This document shows, in pieces, positions 55,113 through 64,000 of a stretch of 64,000 nt of DNA. The translations under genes and the position numbers were made by a program. The stretch lies in the NCBI GenBank assembly GCA_048571215.1, contig CP182352.1:2720001-2784000 (forward strand). The letters are read 5' to 3'. The stretch comes from Halarcobacter sp. (GTDB lineage: Bacteria > Campylobacterota > Campylobacteria > Campylobacterales > Arcobacteraceae). The notes under the pieces were generated by a model that had not been told where the DNA came from, made no database searches, and saw only the letters and a list, made by a program, of their open reading frames with translations. Positions within the stretch are counted from its first letter, which is position 1; each line of letters begins with the position of its first letter.

Positions 55113-55964
55113 ATGAACAACAATACAAAAGGTATATTAATAACCGCTTTAGGTGTTTTGCTAATGAGTTTTGAGTCTTTATTTATAAAGCTAACTTCCA
55201 TTTCATCTTTCACTTTTTCTTTTTATCTTGGGATATTTATGTTTATTTCAATGCTTTTATTACTAATAATAAAACAAAAAAATATTATAAGAGAGGTCAC
55301 CAAGACATCTTTTTATATTTTTCTTTTATGTGGAATATTAATGGGGAGTGCAAATATTTTCTTTATTTGGGCAATAAAGAGTACAACTGCTGCAAATGTA
55401 GTACTTATAATAGGAACAGGAGCTTTATTTACATCTTTTTTTGCATATTTATTTTATAGGGAAAAAATAAAATTGAATGTTCTTATTGCATCATTCTTTT
55501 TATTTATTGGTCTTTTTATAATCTTTAATGATAAGATAGGAGCAGGTAATTTAAAGGGTAACCTTTTAGCTCTTTTATGCACAATGACTTTTTCTTTATC
55601 TTTTGTTTTAATGTCAAAATATACTAGGATAAACCGTATAGCAATAACAGCGATGACTGGAATATCATTGGCTACAATGGCTTATTTTGTAAGTGACACA
55701 ATTAATATTGACTTTTATAATTTATGTGTAGTAGGAGTAATGGGATTAATTATAACTCCATTTTCAAGGGTTTTAATATTTAATGGAACAAAATTTATAA
55801 ATGCAAGTGAAGTAAGTCTTTTAATGATTATTGAAACAGTAATGGGACCTATTTGGGTTTGGATGTTTTTAAAAGAAGTGCCAAGTTCTTATACTTTTAT
55901 TGGTGGAGCAATTATACTTCTTACACTAATAATAAACTCAATCTATTCTATAAGAAAAAATTAA
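55113..55964 (+). CDS. DMT/EamA family transporter
   Basis: About 10 TMs; ETVMGPIWVW.FLKE.P motif. Confidence 0.88.
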   Translation: MNNNTKGILITALGVLLMSFESLFIKLTSISSFTFSFYLGIFMFISMLLLLIIKQKNIIREVTKTSFYIFLLCGILMGSANIFFIWAIKSTTAANVVLIIGTGALFTSFFAYLFYREKIKLNVLIASFFLFIGLFIIFNDKIGAGNLKGNLLALLCTMTFSLSFVLMSKYTRINRIAITAMTGISLATMAYFVSDTINIDFYNLCVVGVMGLIITPFSRVLIFNGTKFINASEVSLLMIIETVMGPIWVWMFLKEVPSSYTFIGGAIILLTLIINSIYSIRKN

Positions 55965-56027
55965 CTTGATATAATTTTCTGTTAATTTTTATAGGTTAAA
56001 ATATAAAAAATAAATAGGAAACTAAAA

Positions 56028-56336
56028 GTGTTAACAAAAATAAAAGAAAAAACTACAGGTTTAGTAGATATAACAAAAGAACAATTTGACAAATCTTTTG
56101 ATTTTGCAAAAATACAAAGTGACAAAGTAAAAAATAAAATCGACTTAAAAATACAAGAAAAAGCTCTTTTAAACTTAAAAGCTGAACTAGCTATGAGACA
56201 TAAAACCTTTGATGATTATACTGATGAAGAGTTAGAGATAATGCTTTCAAATGAAAAAAGAAAAGTTATAGATGATTTAAAAACAAAAACCTTAGTTGGC
56301 GCCTTAGCTATTTTAGGTTTGGACTTTTTGGTATAA
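56028..56336 (+). CDS. Hypothetical protein
   Basis: 102-aa ORF with GTG start, upstream AGGA and hydrophobic C-terminal tail. Confidence 0.65.
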   Translation: MLTKIKEKTTGLVDITKEQFDKSFDFAKIQSDKVKNKIDLKIQEKALLNLKAELAMRHKTFDDYTDEELEIMLSNEKRKVIDDLKTKTLVGALAILGLDFLV

Positions 56337-56339
56337 GAT

Positions 56340-56741
56340 ATGTTTAAACAAGTTAAATCAGCCATTTTTTGGACGCTACTTTATAAGTTTAGAAGAAGAT
56401 TTACTATTGTTGTTGTATTACTCTCTATAGTTTTATTGTCACAATGGATTTATGCAGATATAGTTGAGTATCTACAACTAACTAATCAATTGCAATATCT
56501 TTCTTTTTTACTACCTATTAAATGGGCAATTATTTTATTTAATATTGCCTTTTCTGCCTATTTGATTATCACAATTTTTAAACCTCAAAAAGAGGATAAA
56601 AAAAAGGCTGAAAAAATCATAAAGGAACAAAGTAAAAAAAACAATGATAAAAAGATAAAAGAAAATGATTTAAGCCCAAAAGAAAAAGAGTTTTTAACAA
56701 AAAAACTAAGAAATAAATCTGAAATATTAATGGATAGATAA
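56340..56741 (+). CDS. Hypothetical membrane protein
   Basis: Two TMs and a Lys-rich tail; 3 nt after the previous ORF. Confidence 0.65.
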   Translation: MFKQVKSAIFWTLLYKFRRRFTIVVVLLSIVLLSQWIYADIVEYLQLTNQLQYLSFLLPIKWAIILFNIAFSAYLIITIFKPQKEDKKKAEKIIKEQSKKNNDKKIKENDLSPKEKEFLTKKLRNKSEILMDR

Positions 56742-57332
56742 ATTCAATCTATCCAACTGTTTATCATGATATTTACCTAAAACAACTAAGGCTACAATAG
56801 AGCCAATAAGTGCCAAGAACATGTCACTTTGAGTATCCCAAACATATCCTTGAGTTCCTAAAAAAGCTGTTGCATCAGTGCCACTTAGCATTGCTACCCA
56901 CCACTCTATTAGTTCATAAAATGCTGAAAAGGCTAGGCAAAAGCACACTATGAAAAAATTTCTCCATTTAGAAAAAGGAATTATGTTTTTTCTTATAAGA
57001 ATTTCTCTTGCAATAAGTGCAGGTACAAAACCTTGGGCAAAATGCCCCACTTTATCATAATTGTTTCTATCTTGATTTAGTAACTCTTTTATGGTGTCAA
57101 AAAGTGGAACTTCCGCATATGTATAATGTCCTCCCACCATCAAGATAAGACAGTGTATTAAAATAAGTGTATAAACTAAAGTTGTCAATTTAAAATTTTT
57201 ATATGTAAGTGCAAGTATAAACAATCCAACAATTGCTGGCATTACTTCTAAAATCCATGTAAAATAATCTTTTGGGTTTATCCCTGAAAGAACTAAAGCA
57301 GTAAAAAATATTGTAAGCCATAAATATTTCAT
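56727..57332 (-). CDS. DUF2238 (YjdF-like) inner membrane protein
   Basis: GGHYTYAEVP, RNNYDKVGHFAQG, YELIEWW and FLGTQGYVWDTQSDM. Confidence 0.9.
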   Translation of the reverse strand: MKYLWLTIFFTALVLSGINPKDYFTWILEVMPAIVGLFILALTYKNFKLTTLVYTLILIHCLILMVGGHYTYAEVPLFDTIKELLNQDRNNYDKVGHFAQGFVPALIAREILIRKNIIPFSKWRNFFIVCFCLAFSAFYELIEWWVAMLSGTDATAFLGTQGYVWDTQSDMFLALIGSIVALVVLGKYHDKQLDRLNLSIH

Positions 57333-57486
57333 AATCTTATCCTTAAATTTTATTCTACTATTTATTATATAAAATAATGTTTTTTGGATTATTTATGAAA
57401 AACTATCTTTTGATTTATTCATATGTTAACTTCGTGTAAACTTATATTGGATAAAATAACTACAATTATAAACCATAGGATAGTTC

Positions 57487-57984
57487 ATGCCCCACAAAAA
57501 AAGTTTTAAAGAGAAACTTTTAGATTATGTTTTTATCATATCTAAGCAGCCCTTGCTATTAAAAGATTTATTAGATGCAAATAGACAACACAATGAAGGT
57601 ATGCATGTAAACCCCTCAAAGCTAGGATTTAGACTAAGACTAGCTAGAGCTTACCAAGTATATATTTTAATAGCCTTAATAATTCTAACTCCAATTTCTG
57701 CAGTAACCCATAAGATGTTAGCACATATCGATTCACATGTATCTATACTTGGTGCTATGGGTATGACAGCAATTGTATTTATAGGTTTTAATTTTTTTCA
57801 AGCAAAATTAAATGAAGAGATTACAAAAGCCCAAATAAAAAAATCATGGAAACTTAGATTTCCTTATTTTTCTTATGAAGAGTATCGATATAAAGTAGAA
57901 GATATATACCAAAGGGCTATTAAAGAAGAGGTTTCAAAAAAAGATTTAGAAAAATACATCTTAGATAATCTAGTTGAAGAGTAA
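57487..57984 (+). CDS. Hypothetical membrane protein
   Basis: 165-aa ORF with two TMs and a W..RFPYF.YE motif. Confidence 0.7.
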   Translation: MPHKKSFKEKLLDYVFIISKQPLLLKDLLDANRQHNEGMHVNPSKLGFRLRLARAYQVYILIALIILTPISAVTHKMLAHIDSHVSILGAMGMTAIVFIGFNFFQAKLNEEITKAQIKKSWKLRFPYFSYEEYRYKVEDIYQRAIKEEVSKKDLEKYILDNLVEE

Positions 57985-58053
57985 TATTTTTTAAACTTAA
58001 GTATTAAAGCAAAAAAAAAGTAAAATATTTAAATCAATATTAATTGGACTAAT

Positions 58054-59130
58054 ATGAACTTTGAAAATTTTACTGATGGTAACCACTTCTCAATTGGTAT
58101 AGAATTAGAGCTAAGAATATTAAATAGATTTAGCCTAAATTTAGAAAATGAATACAATTTCATTGTTGAAAATATTGATAAAAAATATCAAAAAAATTTA
58201 GCTTCAGAATTTCTAAATTCTATGATTGAAATAAACACTCCAATCTTCCATTATGAAAAAGATTTAATTAAATATCTAAAAGATATTATCCATAAAATGA
58301 ATCTGCTCTTAAAAGATAAATCTTTGTGTCTACAGACCAGTGGTTCCTATGCACAAGAGAATACTAATGTAAAAGTAAATAAAAATGAAAGATATGAAAA
58401 GCTGTTTTTAGAACATCAAATTTTACTTCAAAATTTCTCAATATGTGGAACTCATGTTCATATTGGTTTTGACAATTTCAACAAGGCACTAAAGGCATAT
58501 AATTACTCAATATCTTACCTACCTTTATTTGTAGCTTTAAGTGCTTCATCAGTGTTTTTTAATAATAACAACTCTGGTATCCACTCATATAGAACAAAAA
58601 TATTTGACAGGTTACCAAAAGCTTCTATTCCTGAATACTTTAATAGCTTTGAAGATATGAAAGAGTTATATGATTTACTTTATAACTCAAATGCTATTAC
58701 AAGTGAAAAAGATATTTGGTGGGATGTAAGAATTCAACCAAAATTTAAAACAGTAGAGTTTAGAATTTGTGATGCGGTGCATGATTATGAAAGATTAGAA
58801 ACTATTATCACCCTAACAAAAGGGGTTTGTCAACTTTCACAAATAAAAGATTTAGAAAAATTACCTATGCAAATATTGAAGCAAAATATGTGGAGTGCTA
58901 CTAGATACTCTATGGATGGCAAAATGATTACAAAAACTGGTACAAAACCTATAAGAGAGGTTTTAAATAACTTAAACAAAGAGTTATTAGATAATAGATT
59001 TATCACAAAAGAGAGTTTTGAAAAAAATTCTAAAATCATAGAAAAAGATAGTATTGCATCTGAGATGTTAAAAGTTTATAATAGAACAAAAAGTTTAAAA
59101 GAAGTGGAAAGGTTAGGTGTATTTATATGA
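58054..59130 (+). CDS. YbdK-like carboxylate-amine ligase (glutamate--cysteine ligase family 2)
   Basis: SIGIELEL, EINTP, CGTHVHIG, ALSASS.F, WWDVRIQP...TVEFRICD and WSATRY. Confidence 0.88.
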   Translation: MNFENFTDGNHFSIGIELELRILNRFSLNLENEYNFIVENIDKKYQKNLASEFLNSMIEINTPIFHYEKDLIKYLKDIIHKMNLLLKDKSLCLQTSGSYAQENTNVKVNKNERYEKLFLEHQILLQNFSICGTHVHIGFDNFNKALKAYNYSISYLPLFVALSASSVFFNNNNSGIHSYRTKIFDRLPKASIPEYFNSFEDMKELYDLLYNSNAITSEKDIWWDVRIQPKFKTVEFRICDAVHDYERLETIITLTKGVCQLSQIKDLEKLPMQILKQNMWSATRYSMDGKMITKTGTKPIREVLNNLNKELLDNRFITKESFEKNSKIIEKDSIASEMLKVYNRTKSLKEVERLGVFI

Positions 59131-60647
59131 GGGGTGTTGTAACAGCTGGAGATAAAAACTCAGCACAAGCAGGAGCAGATATTTTAAAAGAGGGAGGAAA
59201 TGCCTATGATGCAGCACTTGCAGTAATGCTTGCTGCTCCCATATGTGAACCTTTATTTACTTCTCTTGGTGGTGGTGGTTTTTTATTAGGTCTTGAAAAG
59301 GGTAAGAAACCAGAACTATATGATTTTTTTGTACAAGTACCAAAAAAAAGATTAGATGAACCAGAATTTTTCCCAATCTATGTAGACTTTGGGGCTGCTA
59401 TTCAAGAGTTTCATATAGGTGCAGGTTCAGTTGCTATTCCAGGACTTGTTGAGGGTATATATCAAGTTCATAAAGATAAAGGAACCCTTCCTTTGTCAAA
59501 AATCATAGAACCAGCAGTAAAATATGCAAGAGAGGGTGTTTATTTATCTAAGATGCAAGCAAGTTTTGTAAAACTTTTAGAACCAATTTTTACCTCAACA
59601 AAATCTAGCTTGGACATTTATTCCATGCCAAATGGTAATCTCATAGATGAAAACCATCTTTTTAAAAACCCCAATTATGCTGAGTTTTTAGAAGAGTTTG
59701 CAAAAGAAGGCAGTAGACTTTTTTATGAGGGTGTTGTAGCAAGTGAAATAGAAAAAATCTCAAAAGATCATGATGGGCTTATTTTAAAAGAAGACTTAAA
59801 AGAGTATAGATGTATAAAAAGAACCCCTATAGATTTTAAGTATAAAGATTATGAGATAGTTACAAACCCACCCCCAAGTGGTGGAGGTATTCTTATAGCT
59901 TTTACCTTAAAACTTTTGGAAAACTACGATTTAAAAGATTTTAGAAGTGCTGAATATATAAAAGGTTTAATTGAAGCTTTTAATACCACAAGTGATTTTA
60001 GAAAAGAACATGTGGATGAATTTTTGCATGATGAAAAATTAAAAGAGATTTTATCAAATGATAGGCTTATTAGAAACTATTGTACAACAATGAATAGTAG
60101 ACTAAATCTTTGGGGAAATACAACCCACCTATCTGTAATAGATGAATTAGGAAATGCCGTATCAGTTACCACTACAAATGGTGAAGGGTCTGGTCATGTA
60201 ATACCAAGTTCTGGGATTATGCTAAATAATATGATGGGAGAAGAAGACTTAAATCCCCACGGATGGTTTGCATGGAAAGAAGGGATAAGACTTCCTTCAA
60301 TGATGGCTCCAACAGCAGTATTAAAAAATGGTTTACCAAAACTTATTTTAGGAAGTGCGGGAAGTAACCGTATAAGAAGTGCCATTACTCAAACTATTAT
60401 AAACAATCTTGAATATGGTATGAATCTACACGATAGTATAAATGCTCCAAGAACCCATTTTGAAAAAGGGATTGTTTGTATGGAACCATATTGTGAAGAG
60501 GCTATAAGAAAAGAGTTAGAAAAACACTACACTCTACAATACTTTGATGACCTAAACATCTTCTTTGGAGGAGTTCAAGCAGTTGATGGAGAATTAAATG
60601 GGGGATGTGATACAAGAAGGGGAGCAGCTGTTATAAAAGTGGATTAA
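59127..60647 (+). CDS. ggt: Gamma-glutamyltransferase family protein (no signal peptide)
   Basis: GGNAYDAA, LGGGGF, AIPG, PPPSGGG, autocleavage site TTHLSVID, SMMAPT and GSAGSNRI. Confidence 0.9.
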   Translation: MRGVVTAGDKNSAQAGADILKEGGNAYDAALAVMLAAPICEPLFTSLGGGGFLLGLEKGKKPELYDFFVQVPKKRLDEPEFFPIYVDFGAAIQEFHIGAGSVAIPGLVEGIYQVHKDKGTLPLSKIIEPAVKYAREGVYLSKMQASFVKLLEPIFTSTKSSLDIYSMPNGNLIDENHLFKNPNYAEFLEEFAKEGSRLFYEGVVASEIEKISKDHDGLILKEDLKEYRCIKRTPIDFKYKDYEIVTNPPPSGGGILIAFTLKLLENYDLKDFRSAEYIKGLIEAFNTTSDFRKEHVDEFLHDEKLKEILSNDRLIRNYCTTMNSRLNLWGNTTHLSVIDELGNAVSVTTTNGEGSGHVIPSSGIMLNNMMGEEDLNPHGWFAWKEGIRLPSMMAPTAVLKNGLPKLILGSAGSNRIRSAITQTIINNLEYGMNLHDSINAPRTHFEKGIVCMEPYCEEAIRKELEKHYTLQYFDDLNIFFGGVQAVDGELNGGCDTRRGAAVIKVD

Positions 60648-61381
60648 TCCACTTTATCATAAATAGCACGAGCTTCTTTATTTCTTTGTTGTTTTAGTTC
60701 CATATCAATATATTTTGCATCAAACTCTTTTTTTGCTTTTAGAGCTATTGTTTGTTTTTTCTTCCCAATTGGATTTATCTCATAAATCTCAAACCCAGCT
60801 TTATATAAAGATAGTCTTACATTTGTAGCAACTGAATAGGTGGTTAGTATGCAATCTTCATTTGTGGCTTTATAGATATCTTTAAAATATTCTACACTCC
60901 AAAGTTCACTGTTTACTTCACTTGAAAAAGCATCTTGATAAACTATATCAATACCATCTAATCTTTTTATATATTCCCTTGCATCACCTATAAAAAGCTC
61001 TATTTTTATATGTTCATCTTCATATTTTTTATCTTTAAGAAGTTTATTTATAATATCTTTTATCCCATCAAACTCTTTTGGATACTCAAAATCTTTTAAA
61101 GACTCAATAAGTTCTAAATCAAGCTCAGGACTAAAGATATTTAGCTTTTTATCTAATTTTTCTTTCTTTAGATAATAGATTGTGGTAAAGGTGTTATACC
61201 CTATTCCAAAACAGATATCTAAAATATTTAATTGATTTTTTTTATGATAGGAAAAAGCAGGAATAATATGTTTTATCAATGACTCATTTATAGCACCTGT
61301 TTTTATATCATGAAAGTGTTGATTGTATTTACTTGAATAAAGTGTTTTTGTGCCATCAAAGGTAGTTATGAGTTCCTTCAC
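60644..61381 (-). CDS. mnmD: tRNA mnm5s2U methyltransferase (MnmC N-terminal domain, MnmD-like)
   Basis: DGTKTLYS..YNQHFH, DICFGIGYN, GDAR and DAFS..N.ELW. Confidence 0.85.
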   Translation of the reverse strand: MKELITTFDGTKTLYSSKYNQHFHDIKTGAINESLIKHIIPAFSYHKKNQLNILDICFGIGYNTFTTIYYLKKEKLDKKLNIFSPELDLELIESLKDFEYPKEFDGIKDIINKLLKDKKYEDEHIKIELFIGDAREYIKRLDGIDIVYQDAFSSEVNSELWSVEYFKDIYKATNEDCILTTYSVATNVRLSLYKAGFEIYEINPIGKKKQTIALKAKKEFDAKYIDMELKQQRNKEARAIYDKVD

Positions 61382-61824
61382 TAAAGTCCACTACCCCACA
61401 TATGAAGTTTTTTGGCAGTTATTAGATTATACTCATCAAAAAGCTCTATATGATTTATTGCCACAAAAGAGCTTTTATCTAAAAGTTGTTTTACCTCATC
61501 CATATTATTATTTGATTTCTTTTCCAAAACTATAATATTTGCTGAGTTTTCCAAGGCTTTATACATAAGCTTCAAAATTTTATCTTTATTTGGGCAGTAT
61601 GAAAGAATATCACTTAAAACTATATACTCATACTCCCTTGCAGTTGCTCTTATTTTAGCACTTGTTTCATCTTTGAACTCTTTATATTCTAAGTTCCCCT
61701 CTAAAGAGTCTACTACCTCTTTTATGGTGCTATTTATAAACTCAACTTCTTTATTTATATGCAAAACAGCTAAGTTTGGAAAAGGTTGAAATAAATCTTT
61801 AAAAAGCTCTAATTGTTTTTGCAA
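61381..61824 (-). CDS. Methyltransferase-like hypothetical protein
   Basis: Partial Rossmann-like pattern; coupled to luxS and mnmD. TTG start. Confidence 0.6.
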   Translation of the reverse strand: MQKQLELFKDLFQPFPNLAVLHINKEVEFINSTIKEVVDSLEGNLEYKEFKDETSAKIRATAREYEYIVLSDILSYCPNKDKILKLMYKALENSANIIVLEKKSNNNMDEVKQLLDKSSFVAINHIELFDEYNLITAKKLHMWGSGL

Positions 61825-62340
61825 CTAGTTTCCTAAACTATTTAGTTTTTCATCAGATAGATATAACTCTTTATTATTCATTACACCAATCTCATGACTT
61901 AAGATATCATTTGCTATTTTTTTAGCATTTTCTAATGAATGCATATTGCAAGTTCCACATTGATATTCATTTAACTCTGGAATATCTTTTTGTGAAGCCA
62001 CTTTTGTTACATCTTCCATAGCTTCTTTCCATGCTTTTGCTACAGTTTTCTCGTCTGGGTTTCCAAGTAAACTCATATAAAAACCTGTTCTACATCCCAT
62101 AGGTGACACATCAATAATCTCAACAGTATCAGAATTTAGATGTTCTCTAATAAATCCTGCAAAAAGGTGTTCTAAAGTATGAATCCCTTTTTCATCCATC
62201 ATATCTTTGTTTGGAGCATAAAATCTCAAATCATATACAGTTATAACATCTCCTGATGGTGATTTCATAGTTTTTGCAACCCTAACAGCAGGCGCAGGCA
62301 TAATAGTATGATCAACTCTAAATGAATCTAATAGTGGCAT
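61825..62340 (-). CDS. luxS: S-ribosylhomocysteine lyase (AI-2 synthase)
   Basis: [32 protein letters not shown] and ELNEYQCG. Confidence 0.98.
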   Translation of the reverse strand: MPLLDSFRVDHTIMPAPAVRVAKTMKSPSGDVITVYDLRFYAPNKDMMDEKGIHTLEHLFAGFIREHLNSDTVEIIDVSPMGCRTGFYMSLLGNPDEKTVAKAWKEAMEDVTKVASQKDIPELNEYQCGTCNMHSLENAKKIANDILSHEIGVMNNKELYLSDEKLNSLGN

Positions 62341-62519
62341 AATAATTCCTTAATTTTTATTTACTAATTATGGATTTTATCGCAAAAAACTTAAATGGTG
62401 TATTATAAAATAGATTTAAAAAATTGTTTGTTATTAAAACAACTTAGTAATCCATTTGTTATCATAATACTGTATAATTTATATATAGATAATACATCAT
62501 TATAAAAAGGGATTACCAT

Positions 62520-63014
62520 ATGATAATTCAAACTGACGACAGATACAAAAGTGATGCTAGATATAAATTAGTTGAAAAAACTATGAAGAAGCTAAATTAT
62601 GATAGAAGTGCACTTATAGAGAGCCTTCACACTGCCCAAGAAAGTTTTGGATACTTAGAAAATGAAACTTTAAAGTTTATTGCTAGACGATTAAAACTTC
62701 CTTATTCAAAGGTATATGGGGTTGCAACTTTTTACCATTTTTTTAGGCTTAAACCTAAAGGTAAACATACAGTTGTTGTTTGTATGGGAACGGCATGTTA
62801 TATAAAAGGAGCAGATAAAATCTTGGCAAAGTTTGAAGAAAGATTTAATATAAAAGCAGGTGAAACCACAAAAGATGATTTGTTATCACTTGTAAGTGCT
62901 AGATGTGTAGGTTCATGTTCCCTTGCTCCAATTGCAATATATGATAATAAGTCTGTTGGAAACTTAAGTTTAGAACAATCACTTGAAGAGGTAAAGGAGT
63001 TACTAAATGATTAA
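62520..63014 (+). CDS. HoxE/NuoE-like [2Fe-2S] diaphorase subunit
   Basis: ALIESLHTAQESFGYL, VYGVATFYHFF.LKPKGKH, CMGTAC and CVGSC. Confidence 0.88.
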   Translation: MIIQTDDRYKSDARYKLVEKTMKKLNYDRSALIESLHTAQESFGYLENETLKFIARRLKLPYSKVYGVATFYHFFRLKPKGKHTVVVCMGTACYIKGADKILAKFEERFNIKAGETTKDDLLSLVSARCVGSCSLAPIAIYDNKSVGNLSLEQSLEEVKELLND

Positions 63015-64000
63015 CTCACTAGAAGAGCTAAAACATACAGCTGATAAAAAAAGAGATTTAAATAAAAATGCCCACGAGGAATTAAGAATTTGTACAGGAA
63101 GTTCTTGTTCCTCATTGGGTTCAAATGAGCTATTAAAAGATTTAGCTAAAAAAGTAAAAGATACAGAACTAGATAAAAGATGTAGAGTTAAAGGTGTTGG
63201 TTGTAATGGTCTTTGTGCAGAAGCAATCATGGTTTCCCACTACCATAAAGTTGGAGAAAGAGAATCTATTTATAGTAAAGTAGATAAAACAAACTCAGAT
63301 AAATTTATAGAAACTCTTCATACTAAAACCCCCTTAGAAGATAAAAAGTGTGACATAAGTCAGGCATTTTTTACTAAACAAAAAAAGATTGTTTTAGAAA
63401 ATGCAGGAATAATTGATCCAAATGATATTGATGATTATATAGCACATGATGGTTATTTAGCCCTATATACTTGTTTAGAAGAACTAAGTCCTCAAGAGGT
63501 GATAAATGAGATAAAAATTAGTGGTCTAAGAGGTCGTGGTGGTGGGGGTTATCCAACTGGTCTTAAGTGGGAAACTGTATCAAAGGTTGAATCTTCACAA
63601 AAATATATAGTATGTAATGGTGATGAGGGAGATCCTGGAGCATTTATGGATAGAGCTGTTATGGAAGCAGATCCCCATAAAGTTATTGAGGGTATGGCAA
63701 TAGCTGGTTATGCCTGTGGTGCTTCAAATGGCTATATTTATGTAAGAGCAGAGTATCCAATAGCAGTTGAAAAACTAAACAAAGCCATAAAACAAGCTAG
63801 AAAAAAAGGTATTTTGGGTACTCAAATAGCTAATAGTGGATTTAGCTTTGATTTAGAGATTAGACTGGGAGGTGGTGCTTTTGTATGTGGAGAAGCAACC
63901 GCTTTAATAGCTTCAGTTGAAGGAAATAGAGGGAATCCAAGACAAAAACCACCCCATCTAAGTGATTATGGTTTATGGAAAGAGCCAACAGTACTTAACA
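63007..64000 (+). CDS. HoxF/NuoF-like FMN/NAD-binding subunit; truncated by window end
   Basis: ATG at 63007 overlaps the previous stop region. Reads MINSLEEL..RICTGSSC..VGCNGLC (N-terminal 2Fe-2S), SGLRGRGGGGYPTGLKW, CNGDEGDPGAFMDR, YVRAEYP and GAFVCGEATAL. Confidence 0.88.
   Translation, partial: MINSLEELKHTADKKRDLNKNAHEELRICTGSSCSSLGSNELLKDLAKKVKDTELDKRCRVKGVGCNGLCAEAIMVSHYHKVGERESIYSKVDKTNSDKFIETLHTKTPLEDKKCDISQAFFTKQKKIVLENAGIIDPNDIDDYIAHDGYLALYTCLEELSPQEVINEIKISGLRGRGGGGYPTGLKWETVSKVESSQKYIVCNGDEGDPGAFMDRAVMEADPHKVIEGMAIAGYACGASNGYIYVRAEYPIAVEKLNKAIKQARKKGILGTQIANSGFSFDLEIRLGGGAFVCGEATALIASVEGNRGNPRQKPPHLSDYGLWKEPTVLN

Overview
AT-rich chromosomal window, most likely from a member of the Arcobacteraceae (Campylobacterota). 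This is inferred from gene content and order: coaE-speE, hisZ-purA-DUF507-carA, ispDF next to an HP1021/Cj1608-type regulator and pgpA, and many Cache/PAS sensors and chemoreceptors. Most of the window is core metabolism (purT, purM, purA, carA, dapF, coaE, thiC, hisIE, ilvE, metH, ribA, luxS), signal transduction, a MarR-controlled quinone/aromatic-stress cluster and znuABC. The most unusual part is the block between carA and pgpA (about 23.4-29.6 kb). It holds (i) a ~600-bp tandem duplication made of four copies of a ~200-nt highly structured non-coding element in alternating orientation, with extensive compensatory substitutions; (ii) a solitary integron-type gene cassette (core site, mrr restriction gene, attC) with no integrase in the window; and (iii) a three-gene AI-2 kinase module (ABM/LsrG-like protein, class II aldolase, LsrK) lacking lsrACDB, lsrF and lsrR. 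Other observations are a shared 7-1-7 operator upstream of znuA and ribA, an unannotated 37-aa membrane peptide, an HDOD gene that appears to start at ATA, a palindromic element after metH, a YbdK-GGT pair and a HoxE/HoxF-like diaphorase at the right edge. No rRNA, tRNA, CRISPR array or transposase was recognised. All calls come from reading the sequence and recalled motifs; no database searches were run.
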